Positions 18,675 through 26,619 of a stretch of DNA of 64,000 bases are shown here, piece by piece (position 1 is the stretch's first letter; each line of letters starts with the position of its first letter). Source of the DNA: an uncultured Akkermansia sp. (lineage in GTDB: Bacteria > Verrucomicrobiota > Verrucomicrobiia > Verrucomicrobiales > Akkermansiaceae); NCBI GenBank assembly GCA_947626545.1, contig CANQSS010000005.1:6706-70705 (forward strand), in the 5' to 3' direction. The notes below the pieces were generated by a model. It was not told the origin of the DNA. It ran no database searches and saw only the letters and a program-made list of their open reading frames with translations. The position numbers were made by a program, and so were the translations under genes.

Positions 18675-19922
18675 TTATTTCTGATTAGTAAACAAATCTT
18701 TTAACTTAGAGGGAAGCTCTTCATATTCGTTGAACCAAATAACTTTTAATCCCAGTCTGGACATAATTATACATGTCGATTCCTTTTCTCCCTCCGTATT
18801 TCCGTGTTCGTCTTCTTTTAGAAAAATACAATGTTCCCTACTTCCATCACCATTTGCAAGCTCCAAGAGTCTTCGTAAATTCGGGTCTTGCATAGAAAAG
18901 CCCACAAAAATACAATTAGTACTTCTCATGTAATGAAGTTGTTCTACATTAACCCACCTGTATGACTCGTTAAATAATCTATTGTAGCTGCTTTCTTCTA
19001 AAATCAAATGGGGAACACTTGTTGGCTTTTTAGACTTTGGTATGTATCCATGAACATGAAGAATAGGTACACCATCTCGCTGCATTACTTCATCACCTTC
19101 AAGAACGGGAAAGACTGGCGTACCATAAGATTCTAATTTTCTCTCTATTAAATCATCATAGTTATACGTTACAATTGTGTCTATTTGTTTATTCTGAATT
19201 AAACTTATGATTGTATTAAGAAGATGTGATTCTTTTTCTTCATTTAAATATAATGCTTCTTTGATTAATTCATAAACATGAAACTCAGGCTCGTACTTAT
19301 ATTTGTACTCGTGTTTGTACTCGTACTTTTGAAGAATAGTTATTATCTTTCGAGATTTGATAATTAAATTATTATCCCTAATTTTAGAAACGATTTCTTT
19401 TATTTTAGGATCCTGTATGCAATTTTCCATGTTTTTTAACAGCTCATCCCATGCAGGTAATCCTGATGATATGCCCACACCTGCCCCAACAAACAGAGTT
19501 TTACTCCCTCTTAATTTCGGGTATTCATCTTCGACAACTTGTTTTCTCTCTATGGGTTTTGTTTTTTTGAGAATGCTTTTTGCTGGTAGGAAAAAAATTG
19601 ATTTAGATTCTAGTTTTTTTACATATTCCTCTGGAATGCTGATATTAAGGTAAATAATATATACATAGTGATTTTCTTGTAATTTGCTTTCTATATAATG
19701 TAAAACTCTAGTTATCGCTGTTCCTAGATTATATTTAAATTCTATAATGGCGGGACCCTTGATGTTTAATTTTGCACATCCATTAGGTAATACCATATCC
19801 CAAACAGCGTGATCCTGCGAATCATTTACACCTTTTAGTTCTCGAGGGCTACATGCAGACGTGATAGCCATAACCATCTCTTTTTCGAATTCGTACCCAC
19901 TCTTTATATAATCTTGTTTCAT
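18675..19922 (-). CDS. PD-(D/E)xK-like N-terminal domain fused to a SIR2_2 (defence-type sirtuin) domain
   Basis: 415 aa, ATG start, AT-rich. SIR2_2 motifs appear in order: TLFVGAGVGISSGLPAWDELL, DTIVTYNYDDLIE, VPILHVHGYIP and CIFVGFSMQDPNLRRLL. The N-terminal ~130 aa has GYEFE ... WDMVL-x18-EFK spacing like Mrr-type nuclease cores. Confidence 0.85.
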   Translation of the reverse strand: MKQDYIKSGYEFEKEMVMAITSACSPRELKGVNDSQDHAVWDMVLPNGCAKLNIKGPAIIEFKYNLGTAITRVLHYIESKLQENHYVYIIYLNISIPEEYVKKLESKSIFFLPAKSILKKTKPIERKQVVEDEYPKLRGSKTLFVGAGVGISSGLPAWDELLKNMENCIQDPKIKEIVSKIRDNNLIIKSRKIITILQKYEYKHEYKYKYEPEFHVYELIKEALYLNEEKESHLLNTIISLIQNKQIDTIVTYNYDDLIERKLESYGTPVFPVLEGDEVMQRDGVPILHVHGYIPKSKKPTSVPHLILEESSYNRLFNESYRWVNVEQLHYMRSTNCIFVGFSMQDPNLRRLLELANGDGSREHCIFLKEDEHGNTEGEKESTCIIMSRLGLKVIWFNEYEELPSKLKDLFTNQK

Positions 19923-20317
19923 GGTTAGAGAATATTGCTTAAATTACTATTTCTCAATAAAAAATGATAAAACTGAACAAGATGATTTGGAAATCAGAGC
20001 TTAAGATCAATCCAATTTATTGTGGAAGGAGAGAATTTTGTTAAAGAGGAGGAAACCATTCGAGAAGAACTCTGAGACGGGTAGATTCTGGTTAATTCAC
20101 GCGGTAGCTTCCGACTCTCCTGGCTAGTATGGAGTGACTAAGACAATGGGTGTGAAGTCCTCTCCCTCTACACTCTTGCATGAGACAGAAGACGTCGAGG
20201 GGTTCTTATTGAGCTTATGAGCGCGGCTATTATCGATGCCTGATAACCCTATTCGTTCATTAATATTGCACGATTTATCCATATTTGTACTTTTCAACGA
20301 TGTGATGGAACAAAGCC

Positions 20318-21340
20318 TCAATTTTCTTTGGAAGCTCGTGTCCTTTCCCCATGTCTCTTAAGCCACGCTTCCAGCAATTTTTTATTCTTCGGATACCAGT
20401 CATTGCATATCCTATACTTTTTCCCAAGTATCGTCACGGGCTCTACATAATACCGGGCATGTAATTTGCCGGACAATCCCTCGGCATTTATTGGCAAAAG
20501 AGCAGCGTATGATAAATTAAACTCTTTTTTCGAATATTCCTCGTCACACAAATCCCGCAAAAGCTTTTTATCTTTACACCTTAAACACGATTCCCTAAAT
20601 CTGCCTCGTGCCAGTTCTCCCACTTTATACTGTTCTTCTACCTCTTTTTGTTCGCCCTGGAGTGTATGACCAAATACACTACTACAATTTGACATCAACT
20701 GACAAAAACGCAAAAACAACTCTTGAGTGTTAGTGTATTTAACCTTTGAAGCCATATCTTCAATACCTTTTACGATTGAACGAACAAAATCGCTGTTAAA
20801 GAGCAGATCTATCTTAATGCTCTTTCCCTTCTCCCGATACAGGAACTCCTGTAAGTCCCCAATAAGGCCTTTTATCTTTTCTACGTCGGTACCTCGAACA
20901 AATGGTGAAGCAAAGAATATATGAAGTTCGTCATAATCAATATAAGCTGTTAGGGATAATATGCTCCGCATAATTTTAGACACAATCTTCCATGCAGAGG
21001 ATAGTTTTTTGTTCCCTCCATAATTCAACCCGTGTGAGTGGAATGCAACATCTCCCGCCTTAATGTACAGTTTCTTTTTCTTTTCGACTTTGATGCCAAC
21101 CACGTCAATTTCACACTGCTTCAATATCGTTCCCAACTTATCCCTTTCCCCAAATACCTTTACTCCTCCTTTTTTCTGGCAAAATTGTTGGAACTCCTCA
21201 TATAGCCTCACAGCACGGGATTCCCTTTCTGACCCAATTTCTTTCCAATTAGGCGCTTTCCAATTGGTTTGTACAACCGGATATTTCTCCATATGTCGAA
21301 GCCATGAAGCAATGAGCGATTCAGCTACGTCTATTTGCAT
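20318..21340 (-). CDS. Uncharacterised 340-aa protein, upstream partner of the SIR2 fusion
   Basis: Clean ATG ORF in the same AT-rich block and on the same strand. I recognise no family signature. Weak nuclease-like pattern (AESLIASWL..., CEIDVVGIKVEKKK, GDVAFHSHG). C-terminal basic region ...RYYVEPVTILGKKYRICNDWYPKNKKLLEAWLKRHG. Confidence 0.75.
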   Translation of the reverse strand: MQIDVAESLIASWLRHMEKYPVVQTNWKAPNWKEIGSERESRAVRLYEEFQQFCQKKGGVKVFGERDKLGTILKQCEIDVVGIKVEKKKKLYIKAGDVAFHSHGLNYGGNKKLSSAWKIVSKIMRSILSLTAYIDYDELHIFFASPFVRGTDVEKIKGLIGDLQEFLYREKGKSIKIDLLFNSDFVRSIVKGIEDMASKVKYTNTQELFLRFCQLMSNCSSVFGHTLQGEQKEVEEQYKVGELARGRFRESCLRCKDKKLLRDLCDEEYSKKEFNLSYAALLPINAEGLSGKLHARYYVEPVTILGKKYRICNDWYPKNKKLLEAWLKRHGERTRASKEN

Positions 21341-21442
21341 GATTTTAGTTTATTGGTAGTTTGATTATTAAAATGACGTCTTCTCACAGTAGTGAAGTTT
21401 TTTCTATGAAAGTGGGGCTTGGGTCATCAATTTTCCCCCGTC

Positions 21443-22579
21443 TTATTCTTCAGCTTTGGACAGCCGGCAATGGAGCAGAAGACGACGGAGGAACGCTTTT
21501 TTATCCACCCGAATGGCGGATGCGAGTGCAGTGTACACCAGCCGTAGGGATTCCGAGAAGATGATGGCAAGCGCTAGGTTGATAGCGAACATGATGAGCA
21601 GCTTGATGCCCCACTCCAGGCGGATGTACGGGGAGATGAGGAAGAGGCAAGAGGCGGAGACTCCCTGACCGGCATAGTAGAAAATGGCGTTGCGGCCGAC
21701 ATGTTCGAAGAATCGGTTGCGCAGGGTGTCACTGACGAAGAAGATGATGCCAGCCATGGAGAGGCAAGAGGCGGCTATGTACGGAAGTTTGACGGGGAAT
21801 TTGTTAATTTGCAGGTTATAGACGCTACTGCCCTCACACAAATAGCAGAGACGAAATACGATGCAAGCAACGAATACCAGGAGCAGGGCAAACTTTCTGC
21901 GTTTGTGAACCTCCGCCTGAATGATGTGCTGCTGGCACCAATAGCCAAACAGGTAACTCGCTACCGGGAAGAGCAACATCTCCAGTTTGCTCCCGAGGAA
22001 GCTGTACCCTGAAAAGTTCAGTAGTCCTCCGAACGAGAGTACGTAGGTAAGTACGATGAGGGAAGTAACCCCCATAATATACCCCCCCCCGGTATGTTTG
22101 ATAACTACGCCGCCCAAGATGATGGTACAGGCATAGATCGGCACGAACCAGTAGGAGTCGAACACACTCTTAAACAGGGGAGAAACATTGATACCCATGA
22201 GAAACAGCGGTCGGAAAATCGATGCCCATGTAACTTCTCCATCAATCAGATTGCACAAGAGTCCCAGAAGTACAAATATCATTGAAAGCTTGAAGAGCTG
22301 GGTCAAAATGGTGTCTTTCTGAATGTACGCCCTGGTCATGCCTGCAATGAAAAAAAATGCAGGCACGTCCAACAGCAGTGAAATGGATTGCATCGGCATG
22401 GGAACATACGACCCACCCGAGCAAAAGCATGTGTGAATAAACACGATGCTCAAGGCACAGATGCCGCGCACCAGATCAATGTAGTGCGCACGCGGTCTTC
22501 TTACGGATGCATTTTCGACTGCGGGTGTGGGCGCGATGGTTGTCTCTTCTTCGGAGTCCTTGGTATCCGTTTGTTTCAT
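21443..22579 (-). CDS. Acyltransferase family 3 (OafA-like) membrane O-acyltransferase
   Basis: 378 aa with about 10 TM helices. N-terminal HYIDLVRGICALSIVFIHT signature. The start overlaps the upstream stop (ATGA). Contains a G9 coding-strand tract (22082..22090). Confidence 0.85.
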   Translation of the reverse strand: MKQTDTKDSEEETTIAPTPAVENASVRRPRAHYIDLVRGICALSIVFIHTCFCSGGSYVPMPMQSISLLLDVPAFFFIAGMTRAYIQKDTILTQLFKLSMIFVLLGLLCNLIDGEVTWASIFRPLFLMGINVSPLFKSVFDSYWFVPIYACTIILGGVVIKHTGGGYIMGVTSLIVLTYVLSFGGLLNFSGYSFLGSKLEMLLFPVASYLFGYWCQQHIIQAEVHKRRKFALLLVFVACIVFRLCYLCEGSSVYNLQINKFPVKLPYIAASCLSMAGIIFFVSDTLRNRFFEHVGRNAIFYYAGQGVSASCLFLISPYIRLEWGIKLLIMFAINLALAIIFSESLRLVYTALASAIRVDKKAFLRRLLLHCRLSKAEE

Positions 22580-22956
22580 GACGTGAAATCTTTACTGTAG
22601 GTTAAAATGGTGACCCCCAGGCAAATGACCGCTATCCCGATGCATTTTTGTAGAGTCAGCGGCTCATTGAGGAAAAAATAAGCCAAGACAGCGGTGATGA
22701 TGAATCCGACACAGGAAAAGGGATAAGCCAGCGACACATTGACCTTCGAAAGCACTACCATCCAGAGAACTAGAGATACAGCATAGCACAACATCCCGCC
22801 CCACAAGTACAGATTCGTAAAAAAGCTCAAAACCATGTTCCACAGCTGCTCGAGCTTCAGGGAAACGGAGCCGATCTTGAGCATCCCCTGCCGGATGAAC
22901 AGTTGTGCCAGGGCATTCAATGCCACACTGGATAAAATGAGTAGGATGTTTTTCAT
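22576..22956 (-). CDS. Small 4-TM DMT/EamA (ArnE/ArnF-like) transporter, putative lipid-linked sugar flippase
   Basis: 126 aa. LILSSVALNALAQLFIRQGM..., four hydrophobic helices, sits in an operon with the UbiA-family enzyme. Confidence 0.75.
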   Translation of the reverse strand: MKNILLILSSVALNALAQLFIRQGMLKIGSVSLKLEQLWNMVLSFFTNLYLWGGMLCYAVSLVLWMVVLSKVNVSLAYPFSCVGFIITAVLAYFFLNEPLTLQKCIGIAVICLGVTILTYSKDFTS

Positions 22957-22965
22957 GGATTTTGT

Positions 22966-23832
22966 TTATGCAATGTTAAAGAACAGGGACAGCACGTAGC
23001 CGACAAAGGCGCAGCATGTCAACAGCAAGGCCCTATCCTTGTACAAGTTTTCGGTCGGATCCTCCGAACCGTTATACTTGTCCAAAATGTACACGTACCA
23101 AAACATCCCGAACACGACAAACACGATGCTGTAAATCATGCGGTGCGTACCCAGATTGGCCTTCGTATTGGTCTCCATGGTCCAGAGGGCGTAGGACATG
23201 ATGGTGAGCGCCATCGTGACGGACAGATAGGCGTTGAGCATTTCCTTCCCGTACTTTTTGAGCACCGTTCGCGATGCCGTTCCATGCCGCAGCAGCTCGC
23301 CCTTGCGCTTCGCAAATCCCAGAAAGAGCGATAAAAACAGCGTTGTCATGAAGATGAAGCTCGAGACCGGCTCATGGATGGCATAGGCTCCGGCATACAT
23401 CCGCAGCACAAAGCCTATCGCGATGACGAACACATCCAGCAGGACAATATTTTTCAGCTTCCCGGAATAAAGGACGTTGATGAGCAAATAGAGTCCGATG
23501 ACTCCCGCAACTTTGATGTCACCCAACATCCAGATAAATACCCCCCCCCCGTATAGAAGAAGGAGAGCTGCCACAAGGCCTTTTTTCACCGAGATGACCC
23601 CACTGGCTATCGGTCGATGTTTCTTTTGAGGGTGCAGCGCATCCTTTTCCCGATCCTGAATATCGTTGACGATGTAGTGGGCGCTGGCGATAAGGCTGAA
23701 TGCGAAGAAGGCGTAGAGTGCCGACAGGACGGAGGAGATGTCCGTAAATTGGAAGGAGAAGAGCAATGGCGCAAGGACAAAGGCGTTCTTGACCCACTGC
23801 TTGATGCGGATGAGTTTCAACCAGGCTTTCAT
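22966..23832 (-). CDS. UbiA-family polyprenyl-phosphate phosphoribosyltransferase (DPPR-synthase-like)
   Basis: 288 aa. LIRIKQWVKNAFVLAPLLFS, NDIQDREKDALHPQKKHRPIASG (Asp-rich motif 1), and a later YSGKLKNIVLLD region. Contains a G10 coding-strand tract (23541..23550). Confidence 0.8.
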   Translation of the reverse strand: MKAWLKLIRIKQWVKNAFVLAPLLFSFQFTDISSVLSALYAFFAFSLIASAHYIVNDIQDREKDALHPQKKHRPIASGVISVKKGLVAALLLLYGGGVFIWMLGDIKVAGVIGLYLLINVLYSGKLKNIVLLDVFVIAIGFVLRMYAGAYAIHEPVSSFIFMTTLFLSLFLGFAKRKGELLRHGTASRTVLKKYGKEMLNAYLSVTMALTIMSYALWTMETNTKANLGTHRMIYSIVFVVFGMFWYVYILDKYNGSEDPTENLYKDRALLLTCCAFVGYVLSLFFNIA

Positions 23833-24320
23833 GAGACGACATAGAAGTTGATGATGAGGAGGCAGAGTCCGGCGTAAATCCCGGCGAAGACGTCATCGAG
23901 CATCACTCCCCAGGCGTTGAGCAGCTTTTGATCCGCCCACTTGGCGGGCTGAGGTTTAACGATGTCGAAGAGTCGGAATAGGAAGAAGCCGGCGATGTAT
24001 GCCCACCAGGCATGCAGGTTTTCAACCAGGCAGGAACCGACAAAGGCGAGGGTGACCAACTGTCCCACGACCTCATCGATGATGATGAGCGAGGGGTCGT
24101 GCTTGGTGTATTTGAGGATTTCCTTAGACGCGATGACGCCTACGAAGAAGGTGACAACAGCGGTGAGTAGCAGTCCCCACGTCCCGTAGAAGTAGGCGAT
24201 GCCAAAGGCGACGGGCAGAGTGGCTGCAGAGCCTGCCGTTCCGGAGGCGAAGGGAAAGTAGCCGACGCAAAATCCACTGCCGGCTGTGTAACACAGGAAT
24301 CTGTATATTTTGTTATTCAT
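23829..24320 (-). CDS. PgpA-family (phosphatidylglycerophosphatase A-like) phosphatase
   Basis: 163 aa. GSGFCVGYFPFASGTAGS, FRLFDIVKPQP and LDDVFAGIYAG. Has 4-nt overlaps with both neighbours. Confidence 0.8.
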   Translation of the reverse strand: MNNKIYRFLCYTAGSGFCVGYFPFASGTAGSAATLPVAFGIAYFYGTWGLLLTAVVTFFVGVIASKEILKYTKHDPSLIIIDEVVGQLVTLAFVGSCLVENLHAWWAYIAGFFLFRLFDIVKPQPAKWADQKLLNAWGVMLDDVFAGIYAGLCLLIINFYVVS

Positions 24321-26590
24321 AATGCTTTCTGAGGTTGTCGAGGAAATTCTTTCGCGAGTTGCTTCTTGTACTCCTCAAGCAGCTTTGCATCGGTGACAAA
24401 GAGGATGACATCTTTCCACACGATGAGTCCATTCTCGTGTGGCCACGCGCGTGCTTTGTCCAGAATGCCGGCTTCCCACAGTCGCTTGAGTTGAGCCCTG
24501 TATTTGGGATCATTAGGGTGGTTAGGACGAGGGTGCTCACCTCTAAATTCTGTCTGATAATAAAATTCGTAGGCATGAAACAAATCCCAGGGAGCATCAT
24601 AGCTAAATGACAATAGGCTGTTTCCGTGGTCATGGAATCTTTTTGAAGGCCGCAATTTCTTATAAAAGCGAGAGCGCATGGAAATAGGCATACCAATCTG
24701 AATAATATTGTATTTTCGACTCACGTCAAAATCTTTTTGGATTTCCATACGCATCAGTACCCTGTTCCAGAGCATCTTTTCTGCATCAAAGCCCAGTTTC
24801 CAGACACGGAGACAGTCCAGATCATTGATGATAGACACCCATACAACTCCTGTTGCCGCAAGAACGCTTAAATTGTGCATCTTTTTGAGTTTTGTAAAGA
24901 CTATAACTGTCACAAGTGTTTCAAAAACAATTAATCCAAATAATTCTATCCGTCCAGCTATGAGGTACTTATTAGCAATTATCATGGCAGTCTGCGTCGC
25001 GAAAAGCGCTCCACCAAGTAAAAGCACTCTCACGATCTTTTGCTTGATGTTTCCAATCGAACAAATGTACAACACCACGAGAACGACAAACCCTAAAAAG
25101 ACCCACAAAAGGCCCTGGGAGATAAAGGGAAAAGGATATTCGCACAATTGACGGAAACTTTGTTCGAATAAAACAACTAAACGTTCCGAGATCTGGCCAA
25201 GGGGCAAAGTTTGCGTGTTGTAGTCACCATTTGGCGGAAACACAAACGTAAGTACGAGTTTGTAAGAAAGAATCCCAAGGACAATGTTGATCGCCGAAAC
25301 AGCGTACGGGACAAAGCAGGTTCGAAACTGTCTCCATGAGCAATCCCTCTCAAATGACTGGACTAACAACCTGCCGACAAAAGCCACGGCGATGGTGTTA
25401 ATCAGGACGGGATACGTTGCCAGAGACAGGTTAATCAGAACAATGGAAAGGAGTGAACAAACCACTTTCCTCGTGCGAGAACTTTTCTCGAATGCTATCT
25501 TCTCGGTCAGCGTAAGTGCAGTCAGAGCAAGGGTGACACCAATGAAAGTTTCGGGGAGCATATGCTCGTAATACATCATGCATAATGTAAACGGCTGCGC
25601 CGTCAGAATGAGGCCGCACAGGACAAAGTAAATAACTCGTTTTTCGAGTTTCCAGTAAGTACAGAGCAATACCGCATTCAGTGCGAGAAAAAGGAAGGAG
25701 ACAACATCGTAGATAAGAGGCAAATAGATGCCGCCAAGAACGGTACTCTTAATACCATACAATGCGTACCTCCCGCACCATACAAAAGCCGTTGCACTCT
25801 TAAAAGCGAACGCATCTTTCCAATCATGATTACCCCACATAAATTGAATAGCGTGGAATCCAAAAGCGAAACACAGCACGCCAAAGATGATCCAAAAAGC
25901 TCGTCGATAGACCCCGTCAATACTTCTGTAATTATCTGCGATTACTTGAACGATATCCTTCTTGTTGAGCCCACTGACTAGCCGTCTGAGAGTATCGAAA
26001 CAGGAGATAAGTAACGAACAAGCAATGAATAATCCAAATAGCCTCTCCCATCTGATGTCCGTGAAGAAAATCGGCTTACGGACTGCAAAACTCAATGTGA
26101 CAGTCGAGTTGTCAGAAATGTTCTTTGCGCAGTACCGGAACGGCTTGTCATGCCAAACTGTTTGCTTCCCAGCAACGGTTTTCCCATTAACTCGTATATT
26201 CTCAAAACAGACGTAGGCAGGTTTCCTCTGGTTGTCAACCATCAAATCTTTCCCACGAAATTTCATTATCAGAGACATATCTTTGGCATTCCCTCGAGGC
26301 GTCAGCGCCATTTGGTAGGATTTTTGCGGGTAGGAAACAGGAAATTGAAGCATGACTCCTTGGTTACCTTTGCTGTCGCGTATCCACCGCGGTCTATCCA
26401 CTCGCAATGTCTTTCCTTGGAAATCAATCTTCCCGTTACAAACTTCTCCGGCAAAGGCAACGTCTACTCGACCAACATCGCTTTGGTATGTCCAGTAGGC
26501 ATCATCTTTTAGGAAAGCACTCGGAAACAGGGAGACCAGCACTATACTCAACCCAAGCCCTCCCAACAACGCTTTTATAATCTTTTTCAT
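24317..26590 (-). CDS. Large polytopic membrane protein, putative GT-C/GtrII-like lipid-linked-sugar transferase (function inferred from context)
   Basis: 757 aa. Signal/anchor, then a ~170-aa extracytoplasmic domain, then more than 10 TM helices, then a ~170-aa C-terminal soluble domain. It is the first gene of the UbiA/PgpA/DMT/acyltransferase operon. Confidence 0.5.
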   Translation of the reverse strand: MKKIIKALLGGLGLSIVLVSLFPSAFLKDDAYWTYQSDVGRVDVAFAGEVCNGKIDFQGKTLRVDRPRWIRDSKGNQGVMLQFPVSYPQKSYQMALTPRGNAKDMSLIMKFRGKDLMVDNQRKPAYVCFENIRVNGKTVAGKQTVWHDKPFRYCAKNISDNSTVTLSFAVRKPIFFTDIRWERLFGLFIACSLLISCFDTLRRLVSGLNKKDIVQVIADNYRSIDGVYRRAFWIIFGVLCFAFGFHAIQFMWGNHDWKDAFAFKSATAFVWCGRYALYGIKSTVLGGIYLPLIYDVVSFLFLALNAVLLCTYWKLEKRVIYFVLCGLILTAQPFTLCMMYYEHMLPETFIGVTLALTALTLTEKIAFEKSSRTRKVVCSLLSIVLINLSLATYPVLINTIAVAFVGRLLVQSFERDCSWRQFRTCFVPYAVSAINIVLGILSYKLVLTFVFPPNGDYNTQTLPLGQISERLVVLFEQSFRQLCEYPFPFISQGLLWVFLGFVVLVVLYICSIGNIKQKIVRVLLLGGALFATQTAMIIANKYLIAGRIELFGLIVFETLVTVIVFTKLKKMHNLSVLAATGVVWVSIINDLDCLRVWKLGFDAEKMLWNRVLMRMEIQKDFDVSRKYNIIQIGMPISMRSRFYKKLRPSKRFHDHGNSLLSFSYDAPWDLFHAYEFYYQTEFRGEHPRPNHPNDPKYRAQLKRLWEAGILDKARAWPHENGLIVWKDVILFVTDAKLLEEYKKQLAKEFPRQPQKAL

Positions 26591-26619
26591 TTTTTAAACA
26601 AAGAGAGAAGAGTCCTGTC

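Noticed and set aside
20124-20321. 65-aa ORF in the spacer of the SIR2 cassette
   Set aside because: It has no motif. It overlaps the stop of the upstream gene in an unconvincing way, and its composition differs from both neighbours. The spacer is reported instead as an unexplained region.
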